The notes beneath the pieces were generated by a model. It was not told the origin of the DNA, did no database searches, and was given only the letters and a program-made list of their open reading frames with translations. Both the position numbers and the translations under genes were made by a program. DNA of 64,000 bases from Alphaproteobacteria bacterium (GTDB taxonomy: Bacteria > Pseudomonadota > Alphaproteobacteria > GCA-2746255): the NCBI GenBank assembly GCA_965249135.1, contig OZ252220.1, forward strand, positions 896,001-960,000, written 5' to 3'. Positions 41,068 to 50,192 of the stretch are shown here, in pieces (position 1 is the first letter of the stretch; every line of letters begins with the position of its first letter).

Positions 41068-41132
41068 TGGTGGGCGCGGCTGGGCTTGAACCCTTGAGCG
41101 CCAACGGCGATCAAGCACCTACGATGTCACCG
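41068..41132 (-). repeat. att site: duplicated 3' half of tRNA-Val with an inserted hairpin
   Basis: TGGTGGGCGCGGCTGGGCTTGAACC and CTACGATGTCACCG are identical to parts of 58715-58761. Confidence 0.9.
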
Positions 41133-41196
41133 ACTCGCTTTCGCTAGTTTCGTTGCCTTCGGCGCAGTAGTTAAGCCTATTTCTATCGCTGGAACC

Positions 41197-42248
41197 TGAG
41201 GTGGCCTCGGTTTGTCGGACAGCTTGGCGGCTTGATTAAGGTGTATTCCGGTTGTCGTTCATGCTGCCAGAATCCCTTTGCATCGATCTCCTTGCCGTTG
41301 TTGTTGCGCCTGTGGGGATGTGGGCAAGGTGCGTAGCGGCTTGTCCATCATATCCACAGGCGGGGCACCGCGGTAGGCCTCGGCCGGCGTTTCCCCCCCG
41401 AGCGCCGAGTGCGGCCTCTCGGTGTTGTAGAAGTCGATCCACTCGCCGATGACGCGCCGGGCCTCGAAGCCGTCGGCGAGCTCGCGCAGATAGACGGCCT
41501 CGTATTTGAGGGAGCGCCACAGCTGCTCAATGAAGATGTTATCCAGGCACCGGCCCCTGCCGTCCATCGAGATCCGGATGCCGGCCTCCCGCAAGCGCCC
41601 GGTGAAGGCGAAGCTGGTGAACTGGCTGCCCTGGTCGGTATTGAAGATCTCCGGCGTGCCATGGCGGGCCAGCGCCTCGTCGAGCGCGTCTGTGCAGAAG
41701 CCCGCATCCAGGGTGTTCGACAGACGCCAAGCCAGCACATGCCGGCTGGCCCAGTCCATGATCGCCACCAGGTAAAGAAAGCCGCGGCGCACCGGGATGT
41801 AGGTGATGTCGGCGCACCAGACATGGCCCGCCCGCTCGATCATCAAGCCTCTGAGCAGATAGGGGTAGACCCGGTGCTCGGGATGCGGATCGCTGGTGCG
41901 CGGCGCCCTATAGATCGCCTGAAGCCCCATCAGGCGCATCTCAGACGACCGGCCCGGCGACGACCGATGCGCACGCCCTCGCGGCGCAGATGACGGACCG
42001 TCTGACGGGCGCCGTAGAACGGATACTTCAGGAACAACTCATCAATGCGCCACATCAGCGCCAGAGTCTCCGGGCTCTCGCCCTTGGGCGTGTAATAGAG
42101 CGAGGAGCGTCCGATCGACAGCAAACGCCTCAAGCGCGATCTTCGCCTTCAGCTCCCCGGAAAACCTGCGTCTCCTGCTCATCGCGTATCCCTCCTCAGT
42201 CGGGGGAATACACCTTAAACACCTGTCCGATTTTCCGGGGCCACCTCA
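41197..42248 (-). mobile_element. IS3 family element, internally deleted copy
   Basis: Ends TGAGGTGGCC and GGCCACCTCA; DDE ORF 41259-41939 (WCADITY, NTDQGSQF); 292 bp shorter than the copy at 55993-57336. Confidence 0.93.
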
Positions 42249-43486
42249 AGCATCTCGTCCTTTATCTGTGCCGTCGTGGAGCAGCCGCAATTGATGGAGG
42301 GCCTGAAAAACATCGATTTGATGGTCGACGATGTCGCGGCCTTTGCTCAAACGAAAGGCTTCTCCTTCTCCGCTGACGACCTGGAAGCCTTTCTCGAAGA
42401 CAGGATGGAAAAAGAACTGGATGTGGCGGAGCTGGATTTACGCCGGGCGTTTCAAGACCGTTCCGATCGCGGCGAAATTCCAGCGCCCGTTTCCATGAAC
42501 AAAACCGCTTCCATAAAAGAGCATGTGCTTGATTTCAGTTCGGATTCCGACGGAAATCTCTCCCTGGATCGCGCCGAAATCCTCGAAGGCGGCGTCACGG
42601 TCATCCGTCAAGCGCTGGCAATAGATCGCCTGACTTCGGTTCTGCGGAAAATTCTAGAAGAACATTTCAAGCCCCACGATCCGCTCGTCGCGCACGAAAA
42701 ACTGGGGGATTATATACGAAAGTCACATTTTGGCGTTGACATTACTGGGCCGTTCCTTTACAGTAAAGTCACATTACAAGAGGACGGATCATGAGCAAGA
42801 AAGCACCGGGAAAGAGCCACCGCTGAACTGCCAGAGATGTGGCGAAATCGTGACTTAAATGACACCTTTTCTGTTGCAGATGCACCGGCCATCCTCTTTA
42901 CCGGTAAAATGTGACTTTCGTATATAATCCCCAAAAACTGAGCATTGCATCCTATAAGGCGCGCGTCGATGCGGCCTACGAAGCCCTGCTGGAAGAGAAA
43001 AGAATCCCCCCCATCATCACCACCTTCATGGAAGAAATCAGCTTCCCCCCGAACCAGACAGTTTTTGAATGGCCGGGCTTCCGCCTGACATTCCCTCATG
43101 GCAGTGAGTCACAAGGCTACTACCGCACCACCTGCTCCGGTTTGCTACCGCCCCACCGCGACACCTGGTACGGGTCGCCCCAGCAACAGATTAATTTGTG
43201 GGGGCCGATCTATCCTTTGGAAACGAACGAGACCCTTCGCCTGCTGCCCGCTTACTACTATCGGAGCATCAAAAACAGCTCCCGGGGTTACGATGTTTGG
43301 CGCAATGCCGTGGGCCTCAATCTTCCTCCCATGTTGCGCGAGCATGTGGACGTCTCAAATCCCATAGCGCCGCCTCTGGCGATGGGCGATGTTCTGGTTT
43401 TTGCCGCTCACCATCTTCACCACAGCGCCTTGAACCAGCGCGAGACGACACGCATCGTTTTTGAATTCCGTCTTCTTTGTAGATAA
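42249..43486 (+). pseudogene. Nif11-like domain fused to a PhyH-like 2OG-Fe(II) oxygenase; 5' end cut by IS3, interrupted by a MITE
   Basis: N-terminus SFICAVVEQPQLMEGLK...VAAFAQTKGFSFSADDL; C-terminal HRD, INLWGP, LHHS..N and TR..FEFR. The frame is restored when the MITE and one target copy are removed. Confidence 0.75.
42705..42932. mobile_element. 228-bp MITE, probably IS1595-derived
   Basis: Perfect 27-bp TIR GGGGATTATATACGAAAGTCACATTTT; 8-bp target duplication AAAAACTG at 42697-42704 and 42933-42940. Confidence 0.92.
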
Positions 43487-43592
43487 AGGGGCGAATTATG
43501 TCCCACCCAATACTGATTATTTCGGTTTTGGGGAAATCTACAAAGGCTGGTTCCAAAGCGATGGAGAGAAAGTATTTCATAAGCCCTGAGCA

Positions 43593-43810
43593 GGTGCTGT
43601 CAGTCGAATGCCACCAGTCTCCGAAACACCAGACAACCTCTCTTTCAGGTCGCCAATTGACGTCATTCGACCGGGGCAGCTGAGCGCTTCTGCTTGAAGA
43701 TATCTCGACAGTTCAGACGGCGCTCATGGTTGAAATTGTTGTGGATCGAGGCATGGGTGGCAGCAAATTTCTGGAGGGTCTTGACGTCCCTGAACCGTGC
43801 CATCGCCCCC
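43593..43810. mobile_element. Probable IS6 family end remnant
   Basis: GGTGCTGTCAG end motif, followed by a VVDRGM...FLEGLDVPE reading that I recall from alphaproteobacterial IS6 elements. Confidence 0.5.
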
Positions 43811-44111
43811 CGGCCGGGGAAACCGGACTGCGGAATGGCGCCATAGAGAAAATATTCGCGCTACCGCGGATCTCATGGAGTGACCTCGTTCTCCCGGTCC
43901 GGTTCAAGACGCGAGCCTGCGCGAAGGCCTGCGGAACGCCGCGAAGGGAATTTGCTGACGGAGATGATCAAGTGCTTAAAGAAAGAAGTGGGCGAAGTCG
44001 GCGAACTTCAGCCAAGAGCGCGATGAGGAAGTCATCTATCTTTTGAGCCATGCAGCGGAAATGGCGAAGGAGGAAAACGCTCACGAAGGATAAGGAAGAA
44101 GGATAAGGAAA

Positions 44112-44744
44112 ATGAACATTCTTGTTGTTGGTGCGACCGGAGGGACTGGCCGTAAACTTGTTGAACAGCTCAAGAAGAAAAATCACGAACCAATTGCGAT
44201 GGTTCGCGACGGCGCGGATACATCCGGGTTACCGGCGGATGTAGAACGTCGCTGCGGCGACGTGGAGGCTCTCGAGCGTAGTGTCCTAAAAGGCGTCGAC
44301 GCGATCATCTTCGCCGCCGGCTCGGGATCGAAGACCGGCCCGGAAAAGACCATCGATGTAGATCAGGAAGGTGCCAAGGCGCTTATTGACCTCGCGAAGG
44401 CGGAAGGCATCTCGCATTTCGTCATGCTGAGCGCGAAAGGCGTGGATTCACCTGAGGCAGCCAGCGAGGGCATGCGCCATTACATGCGAGCGAAACGGGA
44501 TGCGGACGATTATCTTATTGCCTCGGGTCTCGACTACACCATCGTCCGGCCTGTCCTGCTGACCCACAACGCCGGGACCGGGCGGGTCACCTTGGCTGAG
44601 ACCGTCGATCCGCACACCGAAGTCTCTCGAGAAGACGTCGCGGCAATATTGGCCCAGAGCCTCGACGTGCAAACCGCTAGAAACCGGATCTTTGAGCTGA
44701 CCTCGGGCGGGACGCCGGTCGAGGATGCTTTGGAAGCTGCCTGA
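44112..44744 (+). CDS. Atypical SDR / NAD(P)H-binding protein
   Basis: Motifs GATGGTG, FAAGSG, Y..AK, YTIVRP and SREDVA. Confidence 0.9.
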   Translation: MNILVVGATGGTGRKLVEQLKKKNHEPIAMVRDGADTSGLPADVERRCGDVEALERSVLKGVDAIIFAAGSGSKTGPEKTIDVDQEGAKALIDLAKAEGISHFVMLSAKGVDSPEAASEGMRHYMRAKRDADDYLIASGLDYTIVRPVLLTHNAGTGRVTLAETVDPHTEVSREDVAAILAQSLDVQTARNRIFELTSGGTPVEDALEAA

Positions 44745-44908
44745 ATACCGAACCAAAATCGCGATGCTATTAGGCTGGAAAACACGAGCAAGAAGAGATG
44801 TGATGGCAGATAGCACTTTAAACCGCGCTTATCCTAAGGCCTGTTATGCAACAGCGGGTTCTCCTTCCCGCAGCACCAAGCTTACCGCGAAGGTCTCCTG
44901 CTTTAGAT

Positions 44909-44927
44909 TTACGAATGATTATTATTT
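44909..44927 (+). promoter_or_regulatory. Fur-like iron box
   Basis: TTACGAATGATTATTATTT matches TTGCGAATGATTATTAATT (48917) at 17 of 19 positions. Confidence 0.6.
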
Positions 44928-44972
44928 TTATGTAGAACAGGGGTAGTCTCACTGGAAAGGGTTTGGAGCCGA

Positions 44973-45290
44973 ATGTTCAGAACTTGCTGTCTCTTGCGTT
45001 ATCTCCTCCTTGTGGCGGTTGTCACCCTATTCGTTGGCGTCGCGAGGGCTGAGGTCGAAAAACATTGCTGGGTGAGCTATGAGGAGTTCGAACACAACGT
45101 GCCGCATGTCGATATTCGACGCTGCCCGGAGGATCATGTAGAGGAAGGATTCTGTCGGCTCGTCGTCACGGCAGATCAGGTGACGGTTTTCTATTTTTCC
45201 TTGGAAGGTGATATCTGCCTCTACGATCGGCGAAGCTATCCTTTCTCCGAGTTCCTTAAGCGGTTTGGCCCGACATACTCGACCGAATGA
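44973..45290 (+). CDS. Small exported Cys/His-containing hypothetical protein
   Basis: Signal peptide ending ARA; FEHNVPHVD..CP; four Cys in the mature part. Confidence 0.75.
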   Translation: MFRTCCLLRYLLLVAVVTLFVGVARAEVEKHCWVSYEEFEHNVPHVDIRRCPEDHVEEGFCRLVVTADQVTVFYFSLEGDICLYDRRSYPFSEFLKRFGPTYSTE

Positions 45291-46294
45291 TCGTCCACGA
45301 AGATGGCCGCGACATCGATGAGGCCGGCGAGAATCTCCGTTGCGCGATCCCGTGGCACGATGGTAAGCGCGGTCGATAAGGCGTCCGCGGTCGTTGCATC
45401 CGGCGCGATTACCGTGACGCTACGATGATACGACGCACTTCGGCCTGAGGATGGATCGAACAGATGATGGTGATGGCCGCTTGCGTCGAAAGGCATCCCG
45501 TAGCCACCGGAGGTAGCCATAGCGCGATCATGGAGCTCGACCATTCGCAAAGGCCGCCAGGGCCGTTTCGGATCCGCGATGCCGATCCGCCAAGGCCGGC
45601 TATCCGGATGCGTGCCCAAGGCCCGGAACTCACCAAGCTCGACGAGCACTCGATCCATACCTTCGGCCTTTAGAAATGCCGCTATGCGATCCGTGATGTA
45701 GCCTTGAGCAATCCCATTGAACGTCAGCGCCATTCCCGTTTTTTCAAGCCGTACATGGTTTGGGAAAATGGCGATCTGCCTGGCGTCGACCAGGGCACGC
45801 ATGCGCAGGATGTCCTCCACCGCCGGCCCGCCTGGGTCGGCGGCTGGCGTCGCGAAATGGCGGACGTAAAGCTCCCATAGCGGCTGGACACTGACGTCGA
45901 AAGCACCTCCCGTCTGTCGATGCCATTCCTTGGTGGTGATCAACAACCGGAGGAAGTCTTCGGGCGGCGCCGCAAGCTTGCCGGTTCGGTTCAGGCGGCA
46001 AAGCGCGGAATTCGGTCGGTAGAGGCTGAACAAAGATTCGAGCCGTTCGATCTCATCGGCGCAACGGCCAAGGAGAGTTTGGGCTTGCCGGGCGTCGGTA
46101 TGGTAGAGCGTGATCGATCCCTCGGCCCCAAGAGCGGTTCCCTCCCAGCGATGCGAAGGCATGGGTCGGGCGGCCGCTGCGCTGATAGTTGACCAGGGAA
46201 GGCAGGCCATCCCGGCTGCGCCGGCGACAATGCGTAATGCGCGTCGACGGTTGACCCGGGATAGGGGTAGAGGTGTATGCCCAATATCCATCAT
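45236..46294 (-). CDS. apbE: FAD:protein FMN transferase
   Basis: Tat-like NRRRAL, GAFDVSVQPL, NGIAQGY, ATSG, HHLFDP and ADALSTA. Confidence 0.93.
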   Translation of the reverse strand: MMDIGHTPLPLSRVNRRRALRIVAGAAGMACLPWSTISAAAARPMPSHRWEGTALGAEGSITLYHTDARQAQTLLGRCADEIERLESLFSLYRPNSALCRLNRTGKLAAPPEDFLRLLITTKEWHRQTGGAFDVSVQPLWELYVRHFATPAADPGGPAVEDILRMRALVDARQIAIFPNHVRLEKTGMALTFNGIAQGYITDRIAAFLKAEGMDRVLVELGEFRALGTHPDSRPWRIGIADPKRPWRPLRMVELHDRAMATSGGYGMPFDASGHHHHLFDPSSGRSASYHRSVTVIAPDATTADALSTALTIVPRDRATEILAGLIDVAAIFVDDHSVEYVGPNRLRNSEKG

Positions 46295-47040
46295 CAAGGC
46301 CTTCTCGCGAAGGTCATGTACAAGCCGGTCCCGACGAGGACGAGGAGCAAGATCGCCACGCCATCCATGAGATACGGCCCCCACGCACCCAATAGCCGAC
46401 CACTATGGAGGTCGAAGAGCACGCGCTCCCAGCTGAGCCCGCGCCCGCGATAAACTTGACGAACGGCCTCAAGCACCTCGTCCGGTGCACGGCTCGCTGT
46501 TGACCAGCTCGCGGATATGTCTGACGCCTCCCAAATGATCAGACCGGCATCCGCGAGAAAGCCGCCCTCCAGCGTTTCAATGCGAACGCGTCCTTTGGAC
46601 GTAACCCCGATCCTCTGCACGCTTGCCGGGATGGCGCTTCGGGGCAGGCGTTCGACCGGCTCCCCATCCGGCGTTAGCAGAAGAATCTCCCGCTTGGCTG
46701 CAATGACGAACATGCCGCCGGTCTTCACGGCACCCAGCAGTTTACCGGTGATCCCGGCGACGTGCTTTCCATCGAGATAGAGTTGCCCCTCGAGCCCGGT
46801 GATCCAGTATCTACCATCGACCTCGTAGCTGACGGCATCTGTCCTCGGGGCAATTCCATACCAATCGAGTAGCCACTCACTGGCCACGTATCGCTCATCA
46901 AGTTTCAGCTTTTCCGTGTGGTTGAGGGCAACGCCACTCACCGCGAGAAACAAGAAAAAGAAGGCCGCGGTTAGGCCGATATAGCGGTGCCATTTGTAAA
47001 TAGGACTTCGCCAAAGTTCGTTTGTGATTTGTTTAATCAT
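46294..47040 (-). CDS. PepSY-associated TM helix protein
   Basis: KWHRYIG...SGVALNH and DLHSGR histidine motifs. Confidence 0.88.
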   Translation of the reverse strand: MIKQITNELWRSPIYKWHRYIGLTAAFFFLFLAVSGVALNHTEKLKLDERYVASEWLLDWYGIAPRTDAVSYEVDGRYWITGLEGQLYLDGKHVAGITGKLLGAVKTGGMFVIAAKREILLLTPDGEPVERLPRSAIPASVQRIGVTSKGRVRIETLEGGFLADAGLIIWEASDISASWSTASRAPDEVLEAVRQVYRGRGLSWERVLFDLHSGRLLGAWGPYLMDGVAILLLVLVGTGLYMTFARRP

Positions 47041-47614
47041 CGTTTTGCATGACTTCGCGATGCAAGAGTAGGGCGAGCCGTGCGAGGCGGGTCAGCGCGC
47101 GCACGGATAGGGTTGCTCCCGAAATGCCGTCGATGTGGCGGTCGAGCCGAAGATCGCCCGTCAATGTCGCGCCTTCGAATTGATCCGTGAAAACAGGATA
47201 GCGCACCTCCCAACCGCGGCTTTCCCGGTAGATGAGAACATGGAGCCGCTCGATTCGTCCATCCGCGACGACGATGCCGGTCGTGATGGGCTGTTCTTTG
47301 CCAATCTCCTCGAGGATCCAGGCGGTGCGTTCGCCTTGTCGCCAATAGCGTTGGCGCAAAACCCCCAGGCCATGACCGAGGATTTGTCGGACCGTCTCCT
47401 TGCGGTTCGCCGTGATCCACAGAACGTCGGGTTGTGGCACGCCGCTAGGGAAGACCTCGGTGAGGAAGCCCTCCGGCTCCTGAAAGATTTCAGCAGCGAG
47501 TGGTGTGCGCATAGGGAACAATGCGCATGCCGTTAGGACCGCAAAGAAGGACACACATGGCAGCGACCGTCGGCTGCCGACCATTTGAATCATCACATCA
47601 GAATTGGAAACCAA
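47033..47614 (-). CDS. FMN-binding domain protein (flavinylation substrate)
   Basis: YRESRGWEV and DGISGAT flavinylation motif; start uncertain. Confidence 0.88.
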   Translation of the reverse strand: MVSNSDVMIQMVGSRRSLPCVSFFAVLTACALFPMRTPLAAEIFQEPEGFLTEVFPSGVPQPDVLWITANRKETVRQILGHGLGVLRQRYWRQGERTAWILEEIGKEQPITTGIVVADGRIERLHVLIYRESRGWEVRYPVFTDQFEGATLTGDLRLDRHIDGISGATLSVRALTRLARLALLLHREVMQNDD

Positions 47615-48842
47615 GGCCTAGGTTTATGCGATTGTCCTCCGTCTCTCCGGCGGGCGAATCCTGGATTCGAAAATCGGCTTTCACGACGACGTCTGAGTGT
47701 GGCCAATAGTTTACACCAAAGTCGATTTGTTGGAACTTGCTATCCGCACTGGTGCCTGCATTGTTGTCCCACTCATTGAAACGCGTGAAGAATCCGATCT
47801 CGCCGATACCGGTCATGAAGCGATACGAAGGCTCGATGTACCATCCCTCTTGAACGTCACGGCCAAGCGTCTCCGGTGCATTGCCGCTCAGATCCCAGCG
47901 TGCGTAAAGCGCTCGTATACCCCAAGGTCCACGACGAATGTCCGCGTGCGCCTCGAAGAGTGTCGCATCAACATCAAGGTCCCCTTGGGTAAGATCGCTC
48001 TGGTACTGGCCGGTGACGCCGAGTTCGATCCCCGGCCAGCCGGTCCATCGAAGCCGGGCCGAATAGGCGCCATCGCCGGCCGGTGCTTCCGATACCTTCT
48101 GGCGGCCATTCCGGATCTTGAAGGCATTGTCACCCGTAGTGGGCGTGTTGAGGCCGGAGTGTGCTATCACGTCGTATTGCACACCTTGCCATAGCTCACC
48201 GCTTAGCCCGGCACCGGCTTCCCACCAGGTCGTCGGGATAATATTGGCCTCGACCGGATTACGCTCGACACCGAAGAACGTCGGCGGTTCATGCGTCGGG
48301 TTCAGGATGCCGACGGGGATCAGTTGAAGACCAAGATTGGCTTGATGGCGTTCCCATAGATCGAACTGGATATAGGCTTGCTCGATCTCGACCTCGCCGT
48401 TCTTGCCTTCCCCGGCGACGGAGTGCTCGAGCTCGAGTTCCGAGAAGAAGCGAATGCGGTCCGTGAGGCGATGTCCGACAAACAGGACAAAGCGGTGGAA
48501 ATCAACTTCATCCTTGTCGCCCCCGTTGTAATGTAGCTCGCCATAGCCACCAAGGTGGGTCCGCTGCCACCAGCCAGGTCCGGCATGGCGTGCCTCGCGC
48601 ACTTCCTCGACCATGGCGCCGGCGGCTTCGACCTTCTTCTCGGTAGTTTCGACCTTCTCGGTTGTCCTATCCAGTCGCTCCATCAACACCTGGATTTGCT
48701 TCTGCTGCTCCTGAATGATCTTCCACATCTCCTCCCGGCTCGGTGGCTCCTGGGCCGCAACTAGGGTGGGCATGGCGGCAAGAATAAACCCTCCGATCAG
48801 GATGCGTGGCCAGACAAACGTTTTTCGACCCATTCGATCCAT
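47598..48842 (-). CDS. Outer-membrane porin with N-terminal coiled coil
   Basis: Signal peptide, GGYGELHY, ELEH and HEPPTF; terminal Phe (LGFQF). Confidence 0.85.
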   Translation of the reverse strand: MDRMGRKTFVWPRILIGGFILAAMPTLVAAQEPPSREEMWKIIQEQQKQIQVLMERLDRTTEKVETTEKKVEAAGAMVEEVREARHAGPGWWQRTHLGGYGELHYNGGDKDEVDFHRFVLFVGHRLTDRIRFFSELELEHSVAGEGKNGEVEIEQAYIQFDLWERHQANLGLQLIPVGILNPTHEPPTFFGVERNPVEANIIPTTWWEAGAGLSGELWQGVQYDVIAHSGLNTPTTGDNAFKIRNGRQKVSEAPAGDGAYSARLRWTGWPGIELGVTGQYQSDLTQGDLDVDATLFEAHADIRRGPWGIRALYARWDLSGNAPETLGRDVQEGWYIEPSYRFMTGIGEIGFFTRFNEWDNNAGTSADSKFQQIDFGVNYWPHSDVVVKADFRIQDSPAGETEDNRINLGLGFQF

Positions 48843-48916
48843 CTAGTGTCTCCAACATTTTTATTCAAGTTCAATGCGTTAGCTTGCGAATGGGAAGAAC
48901 GTGCCCCAATGTTTTA

Positions 48917-48982
48917 TTGCGAATGATTATTAATTGCAGATATGTGGGCCCGGCGCAAGATGAAAATGAGAATTATTCGCAA
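48917..48982. promoter_or_regulatory. Inverted pair of Fur-like boxes upstream of the porin operon
   Basis: TTGCGAATGATTATTAATT (48917-48935) and AATGAGAATTATTCGCAA (48965-48982). Confidence 0.7.
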
Positions 48983-49421
48983 TTTTTTTCAGGGCCTGGA
49001 AATTTCGGAATTCCGGGAGCAAGAAGGATCCTGTTCCTACCGAAAATTAGATCCAGCTAAAGGAATGGTGCAGGCCGCCAAGGTGCAGGGTGATTGCAGC
49101 GATCGAAGAGTTACAAGAGAAAGAGCGGCCGACAGGGGTCACCCATTCGTCAGGATCGGAGGGTTTGATTGGGGCTTTCCCCAAGGCCGGTTATGCGACA
49201 CTTGGTTCGAATCCCCCTAAAGTGTCGCCGGCGGAGCAAAATTAGCCCACCCGGGCGGAGCAAAACTAGTCCACTTGATGTGATGCGGTACGCGGTGTTG
49301 GGGGTTGTCCTGGTAGTCCATAGGAGGGACCCGCGCTGCTTCCGTGTAGCGCTTACGTTAGGCGAAGCGAAGCAGCGTGGGAGGTTCCTGTGGACTACCA
49401 GGCCAACCATTGCACCGGCGG

Positions 49422-50192
49422 TTAAGCAGGCATTTTTAGGGATTTCCGCTGTTTTCGGCTTTGGTTGAGACGATAGCTCTCGCCATTCATTTCCAGGATA
49501 TGGACATGGTGGGTGAGACGATCCAGCGACGCCCCGGTCAGGCGTTCGGAGCCGAATATCTCGGTCCACTCATCGAACGGCAGATTACTGGTCACCAGGG
49601 TGGAGCCACGCTCGTAGCGCTGGCCGAACACCTCGAACAAAAGTTCGGCGCCGGTCTTCGAGAGCGGCACGAAGCCGAGTTCGTCGATGATCAGAAGGCG
49701 ATATTTTGCCAGTTGGTTCTGCAGGCGCAACAGACGCTTCTCGTCCCGTGCCTCCATCAGTTCGTGCACCAGGGCGGCGGCCGTGGTGAACCCCACTGAG
49801 AGCCCCTTCTGGCAGGCCGCCAGACCGAGGCCGAGGGCGATATGGGTTTTGCCGGTACCTGAGTTGCCGAGCGCGATGACGTTCTCACGGCGCGCGACGT
49901 ATTCACATCGCGCCAGTTCCAGGACCAGCATCTTGTTGAGCGATGGGATGACCTTGAAGTCGAAGCTGTCGAGGCTTTTGACGGCGGGGAACCTGGCCTG
50001 TCTGATCCGCCGCTCGACCATGCGGCGCTCACGGTCGATTAGCTCCAGCTCGGCCAGGCGGACAAGATAGCGCACATGGTCGGCGCCCGCGGCGGCGCAT
50101 TGCCGGGCCAGCTTGTCGTATTCGCGCAGGAACGTCGGCAGCTTCAGGGTCTTGAGGTGATGCGCCAGCAACACTTGCGGTGTATCGGTCAT
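49422..50192 (-). CDS. istB: IS21 helper ATPase
   Basis: Motifs GNSGTGKT, LIIDELG and DRLTHH. Confidence 0.95.
   Translation of the reverse strand: MTDTPQVLLAHHLKTLKLPTFLREYDKLARQCAAAGADHVRYLVRLAELELIDRERRMVERRIRQARFPAVKSLDSFDFKVIPSLNKMLVLELARCEYVARRENVIALGNSGTGKTHIALGLGLAACQKGLSVGFTTAAALVHELMEARDEKRLLRLQNQLAKYRLLIIDELGFVPLSKTGAELLFEVFGQRYERGSTLVTSNLPFDEWTEIFGSERLTGASLDRLTHHVHILEMNGESYRLNQSRKQRKSLKMPA

Noticed and set aside
41068-41132. A second functional tRNA-Val
   Set aside because: No 5' half or D-arm, and the T-stem is disrupted.
43810-44080. Possible gene fragment after the IS6 remnant
   Set aside because: No recognisable motif in any frame.
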